From NCBI GenBank assembly GCA_951406725.2, contig OX597814.1, positions 224,626,001 to 224,690,000 on the forward strand: DNA of 64,000 bases, given 5' to 3'. A program made the translations under genes and the position numbers. The stretch is from Octopus vulgaris. Taxonomy: Eukaryota. Of this stretch, positions 53,150 to 64,000 are shown piece after piece (within the stretch, counting starts at the first letter, position 1; the number at the start of each line of letters is the position of its first letter). Under the pieces are notes generated by a model that made no database searches, was not told where the DNA came from, and was given only the letters and a program-made list of their open reading frames with translations.

Positions 53150-53337
53150 GATCTTCTTGAGAACCGCATATTGCCAGCTGCCTTGGTCCTTTGTCATCTC
53201 CATGATGTTCAAGGTCCTGAGATCAGTCTTTACCATCTTGTCACATGTCTTCCTGGGTCTCCCTCTTCTGCAAGTTCCATTAACTTTTAGGGATCGGAAC
53301 TTCTTTATACAGCTGTCCTTATCCATATGCTTCACAT
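53150..53337 (-). pseudogene. RTE LINE C-terminal fragment
   Basis: HMDKDSCIKKFRSLKVNGTCRRGRPRKT. Confidence 0.8.
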
Positions 53338-54639
53338 CAGACTAACTGAAAATTTTACTTGGAAACAGGCTAGGGGTTGGCAACAGGAAAAGCATCAGAT
53401 CATAGAAAATCTGCCTCAACAAATTTTATTTGACCCATGCTGTCATGGAAAAGTAGACATAAAAATGATGATGCTGATACGTGTGTGTGTGTGTGGGTAT
53501 CATAATCCTCATCATCTTTCCACTTTTCATGCTGGCATGGGCTATACATATACCTGCACATATACGACAGGCTTCTACTAAATTCTACCCAGGCAGTATA
53601 TAGGTCAGCAGGAAGTTAGGGTGAAAAGCACTGGCTGAAAGTGTTTTTTGTGCAGGATAGTCGAAACCATGCCAACGTGGAAAGCGAACGTTAAATGATG
53701 CTGATGCTTGTGATGGATGAGGTGGTTTTGAACTTCCTAACCATACAAGTCACAAAATTTGCTCAATGAGATCTGACCTGGCACTAAACAGTCACCAACC
53801 TCTAATAGCGATAACACTAATAATGTTACATTAGTTATTCACAGGAGTTCTCTTGAGATTATTTAGCTATTGTGGAAGATTGGCAGTTTATACAGAACAG
53901 ACTTTATAAGTATTCCATTTAATGTCATAGAAAAAAACCCACCTCCACTTAAAGGTTCAGCAATTGTTCATTGAAACATCTTTTTTTTTGTTTTTCATAG
54001 TACTGAGTTGTTAAGTTGTTGAACTATTGGTTGCATTACTAATATGTTTTACTATAGTTATTGTGTCATGACTAGGAATTATGTAAACCACAATTTGGTG
54101 CACTCCAGTTTGCATGACTGACACAATATAAACAAATGCTCTGTTTTACTTTTGAGTGGTTAATAGTCAGAAGAGCAGCTTACTGTAAAAATAATTGTAA
54201 GAAAGCATGGGAAAAAAATGGGTTTAAAATAGTTAAAACAGGAAGGGAATGACTCAAGGACTGTGCTTAACCAACTGGAAAGTGATGAGTAAGTTTGGTG
54301 GGTCACAACTTGGTCTGCATGTGTATTGCGTGTTAACTGGATGTTCTTGAGTTTTACTCATCTAAGTTTATCTGTTATTTCTTATCTCTTCCTTTTCATA
54401 TTTACTGGGTTGTTTTGTCCCCACCACTGTCTGTCTGTCTGTCTCCTTCTCTCTCTCTCTCTCTTTCTGTATACACACACACACACACACACATGGAAAT
54501 AATTCTTTACCTGGAAACATGTGAGAGTTAGCAACAGGAAGGGCATCTTGCCATGGGGGAAATCTGCTTCAATAAATTCCATTGGACCTGTGTAGATGTG
54601 GCAAAGTGGATGCTAAAACAATGAGGATATATATATGCT

Positions 54640-55400
54640 TCAGCAGAGTGTAAGCATCTTGAGAGACAGGTTAGGCACAAGAGGCATTAGATGTGGATTG
54701 CAAGAGAGACAACTGTGCTAGTGTGGTCATGTGATGCATATGGACAAGGACAGCTGTGTAAAGAAGTGCCAATCTCTAACTGTGGAGGGAACCTGTGGTA
54801 GAGTTGTAACCTGTATTAGAGGTAGAGGTAGTGAAGCTTGGTCTTTGAACTTTGAGCCTCACAGAATCAATGACTAATGACTGAGACCTTTGGCGATGTG
54901 CTGTGCTTGAGATGACCCATCAAGCCAAGTGCACCTGTGCTGGTCACACATAAAGAACACCTTTTGAGCATTGGGCCTCACGGAGGCAAAGGGACTGAGT
55001 TCCTTTCGAGTGTTGGGCCTCACGAAGGCAAGTGACTGAGTTCCCTTCAAGTGTTGGGCCTCACGGAGGCAATGACCAAGACCTTTGGCATTATGTCATG
55101 CTTGAGAAGATCCATCAAACTGAGCAAATCGCAGTCGTGGCAGATACTGGTGTCATACAAATTGGCACATAAAAGTACCCTGGTGTCACGCAAATGATGT
55201 CCATGCCTGTGGAAAATAAAAGCATCCATTTCACTCTCAGAGTGATTGGCATTAGGAAGGGCATCCAGCTGTAAAAAACCATACCAAATCAGGCTGGAGT
55301 CTGGTGCAGCATTCCAGCATGCCAGCCCAGTCAAACCGTCCAACCCATGATGACAGTATGGACAATGGACGTTAAATGATGATGATGATAATGATGGTGA
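54640..55400 (+). mobile_element. RTE LINE 3' fragment with 3' UTR and (GAT)n tail
   Basis: LRDRLG..QERQLC*CGHVMHMDKDSCVKKC..VEGTCGR; 38-bp tandem x3 at ~54968-55075; family D tail. Confidence 0.85.
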
Positions 55401-55839
55401 TATACATATATATATATATGTATATATATATATGATATGTAATTGTAAGATCCAAGTATCTAGGTTGTAGGAAATTAGTAAATTGCAAGCAGTCTATGGT
55501 AAGTATAAAAAACAACTTTTGAGAACTTTAATAGTTTATTGGTGTAGAGGTTTTTCCCATATCAAGTTTCATTAAGCTGAAAAAAGTATTTTTATAACAA
55601 GCAAAACAACAAGTTGTAAAAGTATTTTTATAGTTCATGGTTAGTAATGGGTTGCATATAAAAATCCAGATTGAGTGAATGAAGCAGGTAAAACCCAGCC
55701 TACATATGTTTCCTAGCTTGCAGAACCTTGGCAATAACAATTACTCAACAAAGTTGTGAGTAATTTTTACTTCTGAAGTTCTGCTTGCTATGTATCATAT
55801 GTAGCCTGGGTTTTACTTGCTCCATTCACTCAATTTGGA

Positions 55840-55873
<34 letters not shown>

Positions 55874-56024
55874 ATACTGGTTTCAAATTTTGGCACAAGG
55901 CCAGCATACTCAGAGGATGGGGTAAGTCGAATGCATTGGCCCCAGTGTTCAACTGGTACTTATTTTATCAACCTCAGAAGGATGAGAGGTAAAGTTGACC
56001 TCAGCAGAATAGTACATATTGCTA

Positions 56025-56413
56025 TACTCTTTACTTTTTTACTTGTTTCAGTCATTTGACTTCGGCCATGCTGGAGCACCGCCTTTAATCAAGCAACTCG
56101 ACCCCGGGACTTATTCTTTGTAAGCCCAGTACTTATTCTATCGGTCTCTTTTGCCGAACCGCTAAGTGACGGGGACGTAAACACACCAGCATCGGTTGTC
56201 AAGCAATGCTAGGGGGACAAACACAGACACATACACATATATATACATATATACGACAGGCTTCTTTCAGTTTCCGTCTACCAAATCCACTTACAAGGCA
56301 TTGGTCGGCCTGGGGCTATAGCAGGAGACACTTGCCCAAGATGCCACGCAGTGGGACTGAACCCGGAACCATGTGGTTGGTTAGCAAGCTACTTACCACA
56401 CTGCCACTCCTGC
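56025..56413 (-). mobile_element. SINE family A, full length
   Basis: Homology to the other copies. Confidence 0.92.
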
Positions 56414-56590
56414 TGATATTTTTATATTTTATTTATTATATACGTAAAGCATAATATGTTATACATATATGTATATTGTTATAATTGTCCTTTTATTAAA
56501 TAAATAAATTGACATAATATAATGTCTAAAAGTTGATGAATGCCACCTATTGATCCCCTCCATTTTCTTATTTATATATATATATATATA

Positions 56591-56812
56591 TCATCATCAC
56601 CATCGTTTAACGTCAGCTTTCCATGCTGGCATGGGTTAAACGTTTTGACTGAGGGGTGGTAAGCCAGAAGGCTGCACCAGGTCCCAGTCTGATCTGGCAT
56701 GGTTTCTACAGCTGGATGCCCTTCCTAATGCCAACCACTCTGAGAGTGTAGTGGGTGCTTTTTGTGTTCCACTGGCGTGAGGGCCAGTCAGGCAGTACTA
56801 GCATCGACCATG
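56591..56812 (-). mobile_element. RTE-tail repeat (family D)
   Basis: Homology to 45616-46020. Confidence 0.85.
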
Positions 56813-56967
56813 TGTTGATGGGTAAATCACATGGAAATTACTTCTTTCTTGTTGCCTACTCCTGGTGGATCACTTAAAACCCATTGCTTTCTCATTGCTT
56901 ACTCCCATCTCATAGATGAGCATCGAAGTAGAATATTAATGAAAATACTTTGTTCAGTTCCCGTCTG

Positions 56968-58196
56968 TCAGGTCATCCCATAAGTTCTGTCCGAATTTTG
57001 AATAAAGAAAACAAGTGATCAAATGTAATATTTAATTGAAATTTAATCATCAATGTACTTACCCTGATTATCTGTGACTTTCTTTCATCTATTTACAACC
57101 TTTTTAATCCCATCAATGTAAAACTCTTTTGGTTTCAAAGGGAAGAACTCTGAAATGTCAGTTTCGACTTCTTCCTGTCTTGCGATAGTTATGCCCCCCA
57201 AATGATTCTGTAAAATACAAAACAAATGGTAGTCTGAGGGAGCATGGTCGGGAGAATGAGGTGGATGAGGAATTTTTTCCCAATCAAGCTCTTCGATCTT
57301 CTGTGATGTGATCTTTGCAGTGTGGGGCCGCGCATGGTCCTGATGAAACATCACTCCTTTTCGATTCACTAAGGCGGGTCTTTTTTTTTCTTCAAAGCTT
57401 GGTTCAAGCACTCTAATTGTTGACAGTAGACTTGAGCATTGACTGTTGCATTAGGTGGTAACAATTCAAAGTGAATTACTCCTTTGCAATCCCACCAGAT
57501 AGAGAGAAGAACCTTTTTTCATGAAGTTCCCTCCTCGGTTGTAGTTGAGCTTTTTCCCTTTTACCAAGTCACTGTTTACGATGTTTAACATTTCAATAGA
57601 AGATCCATTTTCCATCATAAGTCTATCCAAAAAGGTTGAAATGAGTTCACAAGAATAGAGAGAAGAGCAGATGTCAACTTGGGATTTGCGGTTGCTCTCA
57701 GACAATTCATGAGGCACCCATTTTCTAAGTTTAGGAACCTTTCCAAGTTGTTGAAGATGACGATGAACAGTTGTATGGTTTGAACTAAGCTTTATTGCCA
57801 ATTCTTCAACTGATAATGCAGGATTTTCTTCAAATGTTTCAAGGAACTTATCAAACTCAACTGGGCGTCCAGTTTGATCTTCATCTTCAAGGCTGAAATC
57901 TCCACTTCTGAATTTTGCAAACCATCTTCTGCAAGTTCTTTCATTCAAGCATTCTTTCCCATAAACTGAGTGTATGTTTCGAGTAGCTTGGGCTGCAGAG
58001 TCTCCTTTTTTGTACTCATAAAGCATTATGTTCCTCAAATGCTCTTTGGATACTTCCATGTTAGAAAAGGTTTTAATCGAAGAAATTTTAATTCTATTAT
58101 TCTGTAAAATAATATTTGATTAGTTTAAATGTTCACAAATGCATAAAAATAATTTTAAAAAAGGTAAAATCAGACAGAACTTATGGGATGACCTGA
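56968..58196 (-). mobile_element. full-length inactive mariner (DD34D)
   Basis: TIRs TCAGGTCATCCCATAAGTTCTGTC; transposase 58059-57085 with WVPHEL, HQDHARPH and HSPDHAPSDYHLF, frameshifted. Confidence 0.95.
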
Positions 58197-58815
58197 TAGA
58201 TCCATGTTACCTTTGCTTATCTGTTGTTGATAAAATGAGTACCGGGGCCAATATAATCATCTGTGTCCTTGAATGTGATGCCCTAGCATGGTCTTGGTTC
58301 AATATCCTGAGAATAGTAACTGAATAAAAATAAATATTCCTGTGTTATGGCAATAGCTAGTCTGTTTGAAATATGTGATGTATTTATTTGCAATTAGGTG
58401 AACTGAACTAACAACATGAAACTAATTGAACTATTTATTGGCATTGTTGACAAACTGTCCACCTTCTGGTCAATAATTTGACACCCTATCAATCTGGTCA
58501 ACTGGTTTCTTTGTTTACTTTTATTAATTTTGTTTGAGATTCGATTGGTTTTCTTTTCATTGACATAACTTTTTTGTCAGTGTTGTTTCAGATATTATGT
58601 ATTTGTATTGTTAGAAAAGATTATCTAAGTCAAGGTTCACAGGTACAACATCTTTCAGATCTGTTTGTGTAATATATTACATTCTGGTCAAGGTTATTGT
58701 AATGTCATGCATTTATAAATAATTGTAAAAACCTTAATTGTACTTTTATAATGATTCAAAGGATAGAAAAGCAGGTTTAAATCTTATTTTGCTGTTGAGA
58801 TTTCCCTCACTAATA

Positions 58816-59460
58816 ATTGGTTTCAAATTTTGGAACAAGTCCGTCAGTTTTTGAGGGGAGAGGAAAGTTGATTACATTGATCCTAGTATTTGACTATTTC
58901 TTATTTTATCAACCCTGAAAGAATAAAATGCAAAGTCAACCCCAGCAGAATTTGAACTCAGGACATAAAGGCAGATGAAATGCTGCTAAGCATTTTGTCT
59001 GCTGTTCTAACGGTTCTGCCAGCTCATTGCCTTATTTCCCTTTACTAATAATTCTTTCTTCTTTTGGTACAAGGCCTGAAATTTTGAGGGAGGGAACTAG
59101 TTGATTATATCAACCACCCCACTTCCCCAGTGTTTCACTGGTACTTAATTTATTGACCCTGAAAGGATGAAAGGCAAAGTCGACCTCAGTGGAATTTGAA
59201 CTCAGAACGTAGAGGCAGGTGAAATACCTATTTCTTTACTACTCACCAGAGGCTAAACACAGAGGGGACAAACAAGGACAGAAAAATGGATTAAGTCTAT
59301 TACATCGACCCCAGTGTGTAACTGGTACTTAATTTATCGACCCTGAAAGGATGAAAGGCAAAATCGACCTCAGTGGAATTTGAACTCAGAATGTAGACGC
59401 AGGCGAAATACTGCTAACCATTTCATCCAGCATGCTAACAATTCTGCCAGCTCACTGCCT
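58816..59460 (-). mobile_element. SINE B monomer plus SINE B dimer
   Basis: Three cores bounded by repeats of the same target sequence. Confidence 0.9.
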
Positions 59461-59741
59461 TTTCCCCTACTAATAATGATATAATTAACTCCTGTTTGAC
59501 ATTAAGAGACACAACTGTGTGCATGTGTGGTAAATTTAATGTTTCTCCCATCTTTTAACATCACCACTAGACTCTTCAGAAGTTTGTTGATAAAGATAAA
59601 AACCAATAGTTATTTTGCTGTGAGGAATTAAAAAATTCCAGCATTTTGGATACTTGATGTTTGGAGTTGGAAACAGGTAATATGTCAATAGCAAAGTCAT
59701 CTTAGTAACTGAGATATTGGCATACATATATTTTATTTTTA

Positions 59742-59972
59742 AGGTGGCGAGCTGGCAGAAACGTTAGCGCGCTGGGCGAAATGCTTTGCAGTATTTTGTC
59801 TGCCAATATGTTCTGAGTTCAAATTCTGCCGAGGTCGACTTTGCCTTTCATCCTTTCGGGGTCAATAAATAAAGTACCAGTTACGCACTGGGGTCGATGT
59901 AATCGACTTAATCCCTTTGTCTGTCTTTGTTTGTCCCCTCTGTGTTTATCCCCTTGTGAGCAATAAAGAAAT
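59742..59972 (+). mobile_element. SINE family B, full length
   Basis: TSD CATATATTTTATTT. Confidence 0.92.
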
Positions 59973-60029
59973 ATTCATATATTTTATTTCCTCATCTGGA
60001 AAGAGCAAATGTTCAACAATACAAGTAAT

Positions 60030-60730
60030 TTATGGCTATTTTCCCTACTAAAGCAAGGGCCAACCTTGCAGGAACCCTAATTTTCTCCATTTTGCTTTAT
60101 TCCATTCTTGTTCCTATTTCTTTCTCTATCATCTTCAGTAATGCCTGTCTTGGTCTTCCTCATCCATTTCTCTTCACAACATCAATCACAAGCTCAATTC
60201 CCATCTGTTTCTGCCAATCATTGTTTACCTTCTTTTCATTCAGTGATTTTCTCTGTTCATTTCACTTGCCTTCAACCATCTCATTCTTTCCCTTCAGTTT
60301 TTACAATACTCTTTTCTTCTGCAGCACCCCAGCAGGTGCCTAGAACTTCTTCCTTTGCATCCCATTTTAGCCACTGTCACTGAGTCTGATCCAACATTTC
60401 CATTCAGCATGTCTCTCATCATCATTGTTTAACGTCCGCTTTCCATGCTAGCATGGGTTGGACGATTTTGACTGAGGGCTGGCAAACCAGATGGCTGCAC
60501 CAGGCTCCAAAATACATTTTACACCTTCTGTTGTCATACTATTTCCAAGATTTTGCTCAACACCAGATGTTTCTCTTCCCAAACTGTATTTAATTGATCT
60601 TTACATTCATTCTTATTTACTACTCTATCGCTTTTTCCTGTATCTTCTTCCCATGCTCCAATCACTTAATAGCTCTACATGACCATATGAACCACAGTAG
60701 ATCTGAAACATTGAATTTTTCACTCCTCGC
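60030..60730 (-). pseudogene. old RTE LINE fragment interrupted by a family D tail (60416-60510)
   Basis: GVLQKKRVL*KLKGK and GRPR motifs. Confidence 0.5.
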
Positions 60731-60759
60731 AAACTAATTACTGTAATTTATTTTTATCT

Positions 60760-61013
60760 CTCTTACTCTCTCTTTTACTCTTTTACTTGTTTCAGTCATT
60801 TGACTGTGGCCATGCAACTCGACCCCGGGACTTATTCTTTTTGTAAGCCCAGTACTTACTCTATCGGTCTCTTTTTGCCGAACCGCTAAGTGACGGGGAC
60901 GTAAACACACCAGCATCGGTTGTCAAGCAATGCTAGGGGGACAAACACAGACACACAAACACACACACACACACATATATATCATCATCATCATCATACG
61001 TCCGTTTTCCGTG

Positions 61014-61061
<48 letters not shown>

Positions 61062-61224
61062 GACAGGCTTCTTTCAGTTTCCGTCTACCAAATCCACTCA
61101 CAAGGCATTGGTCGGCACGGGGCTATAGCAGAAGACACTTGCCCAAGATGCCATGCAGTGGGACTGAACCCGGAACCATGTGGTTGGTTAGCAAGCTACT
61201 TATCACACAGCCACTCCTGTGCCT
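60760..61224 (-). mobile_element. SINE family A
   Basis: Homology to the other copies. Confidence 0.9.
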
Positions 61225-62766
61225 ACAAATTTATATTGATTAACTTTTACCACTGCAGACCACTGCTAGTTTCCTTGGTTTCAAGATCTTAGATAACTCT
61301 TTAGTAGAGTCTCTCCTATATTGCTATTTCAACACCTCTTGCAAGGTACCCATGCTAACTGTTACAGGATGATGGATTGGCAGAATTGTTAGAGCATCAG
61401 ATAAAATGCCTTGTGGTGTTTGCTAGCACTTCATTCTGAGTTCAGATCTTTTTTAAGGTTGACTTTTTCTTCACCTGGGGTTGATAAAATTAAGTACCAC
61501 TTAAATACTGGGGTTGATATAGTTCTCTGTTCCTTCTCCATAAATTTCTAGACTTGTGTCTACATAACAAATTAGTTTAACAATCTTTGATATGAGATGC
61601 TTTTTACAATCCAGCATCATTTAAAGTCTTTCATCATCATTTAACATTCACTTTTCCATTCTTGCATAGATCAGATGGAATGTATTCAAGGTGGATTTTC
61701 TATAGATGGATGCTTTTCCTGCCGTCAACCTTTCACTGCTTCTAAACAAGAATATATTTCCCCTTTAGCCAGACATGTTCTTACAGAACATTGGAAATGA
61801 ATGACACTGCTTGTATGACAGTGACACTCAATTACAATTATCATGCAATATCAAGACATGGGGACACAGACAGACAGACAGACACACATATATATGTCAT
61901 ACATACACACAATGGCCTTCTTTCAGTTTCCATCTACCAAATCTACTGACCACTTTGGTGGTCTTGAGGTTATAGAAGGAAATACCTGGCCAAGGTGTCA
62001 TACAAATTTATTTTAATGAGGAGATAACCTGGTCATGTTTATTCAGTTTCAGCCCTGCCATGACCATCTCAACATGATTTTAGTCAGTGTGACAAGGACT
62101 GCATAATTCCGTTTTTTTTGTTTTGTTTTTGGTAGGGGTAGATATGACCACAATATATAGCAGGTTGATAACCATGTAAAAGCCTCACCAATAGACTCAA
62201 ATTTATGATAATTTAGCCTGATATCAAATGTAAGAATAGTGATGAGAGTAAAGACAGATGTTTTTCATTCTCTGAATACCATTCCATGCAACACTGCATG
62301 TGGGTTAGTTTGTGCCTAACATGTTATATAGTGTCTTCAGACAGTTTTTATAACATGCTGCATGAGAGAAGCTTTCTAGTCTCTAGCTTAGGAAGAGGGT
62401 GCTGTGAGCCATTCCCCATGACCTCATTTTAGTGCAGTGAATTTGATTCTGTGAGAGTTAAAAGGAAGAAGAATCAACTCTAAATTTTGTCTGGTATTTT
62501 ATTTATAGATTCTGCAGGGATGAAAAGTAGGGTCGACATGTGCCGAATTTTAATACAGAATGCCAGGAACCAGAATAATTACTGCAAGGCTTTTGTTTGA
62601 TGTTTTAACGAATAAGCCAAATTACTGCATTAAAGATAATAGTGCCCAAGACTAAATGTATCACAATGTTTAGTTTCAACTCTCTTAGTTACAATAGTGT
62701 CAGAGCCATTTTTATTTTTCCTTCCTTGAGTCATAGCCCAAGGTCAGCTCTGAGATAAGCAGATTT

Positions 62767-63090
62767 ATCATCATCATCTTCATTTAGCGTCCACTTTCCA
62801 TGCTAGCATGGGTTGGATGGTTCAACTGGGGTCTGGGAAGCCAGAAGGCTGCACCAGGCCCAGTCTGATCTGGCAATGTTTCTATGGCTGGATGGCCTTC
62901 CTAACGCCAACCACTCCGTGAATGTAGTGGGTACTTTTTACGTGACACCGACACAGGTGCCAGACGAGGCTGGCAAACGGCCACGATCGGATGGTGCTTT
63001 TTTCGTGCCATCAGCACGGAGGCTAATCGGGGCGGCGCTGGCAACAGCCACATTCGGATGGTTCTCTTACATGCCCCCGGCACTGGTATC
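62767..63090 (-). mobile_element. RTE-tail repeat (family D)
   Basis: Homology to 45616-46020. Confidence 0.85.
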
Positions 63091-63808
63091 ACAGTTACAA
63101 TTTCCATTGATGTTGATCGATTTTGATTTTGATTTTGATTCTGATTAAAGATATTTCAGCCATAACCACCTTATTATTTATTCAGACTTGGTGTATCAGG
63201 ATCTGCATTATCCAACGAGTAGGGTTTTGTATGGAGATTTGATTTATATATCCAGCAGATTGATTGGCCTGAAAGGTGTGGTCTAATTTGTTTGAATGAT
63301 TTCAGTAATATGAAGGAATTGATTCAAAAGGTTATGTTCCTTCTCATGCAAAAACAATAACTTTTTGCCAAATGAAGAAACAAACATAGCAGTGTGGCCA
63401 ATCAATATTGGATTCCTTTACCATATTTAGTGCAATTATAGTTTCCAAAAGACATCCACTTTAGCATATCAATAATCAATTGAACTAGCTTCGAATAATA
63501 CACTATTTATACAAATCAGGTTTTCCAATTTAGTGAAGTCCCTAATTGAGACTACACACACTGTCTTTGTCAATAAATCACAGTTGGGTTTATAGTTCCT
63601 GATGAACATCCTACATAGTACTAAAGATGGCTGAACTGATTCCTTATTCTTTGCTCTAGAGATATTGTATATGTATGTTTACATTTGCACTGTATGTGCT
63701 GGCTAAACCTCGTACTTCTACAGTAGTGTTACATCATACATTTATTCACATATTTAGTTTTCTGTCTTTTGGTGACAACTTCAACTTCTAAGATCAATAA
63801 TAAAATCA

Positions 63809-64000
63809 CAGGAGTGGCTGTGTGGTAAGTAGCTTGCTAACCAACCACATGGTTCCGGGTTCAGTCTCACTGCATGGCATCTTGGGCAAGTGTCTTCTGC
63901 TATAGCCCCGGGCTGACCAATGCCTTGTGAGTGGATTTGGTAGACGGAAACTGAAAGAAGCCTGTCGTATATATGTGTATATATAATATAAGTATGTGTG
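63809..64000 (+). mobile_element. SINE family A 5' half (runs off the window)
   Basis: A-box TGGCTGTGTGG at 63815-63825 and B-box GGTTCAGTCTC. Confidence 0.9.

Noticed and set aside
63400-63620. Possible coding exon in non-repetitive sequence
   Set aside because: I found no convincing open frame with splice sites or a recognisable motif.
63809-63880. tRNA-like A and B boxes (also at 37717 and in other SINE heads)
   Set aside because: They belong to SINE heads; there is no complete cloverleaf.

Overview
This is AT-rich, microsatellite-saturated animal genomic DNA with no intact protein-coding gene that I can support. The long ORFs in the track come from (TA)n, (CA)n and (TACA)n tracts or are transposon remnants. 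The repeat profile is most consistent with an octopus/cephalopod genome (inference). It includes three tRNA-derived SINE families, RTE-tail repeats, RTE, RTE-X, R4/Dong-like and Penelope-like retroelement fragments, and a solo LTR. DNA elements include several decayed Tc1/mariner copies, hAT, piggyBac-type and Helitron relics, plus a short 28S rRNA-like fragment. The main signals are: (1) a 70-bp palindrome at 27.4 kb whose arms encode a hammerhead-ribozyme fold, plus weaker hammerhead-like and HDV-like motifs in other retroelement ends; (2) a ZNF143/THAP11-type motif next to an ETS site at 42.8 kb, followed about 3 kb later by a sharp switch to CpG-depleted DNA, which suggests the promoter and first intron of a gene-body-methylated gene whose coding exons I cannot see; (3) retroelement fragments embedded in microsatellites and serial SINE insertions at a repeated target site. 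All coordinates and counts were read by eye.
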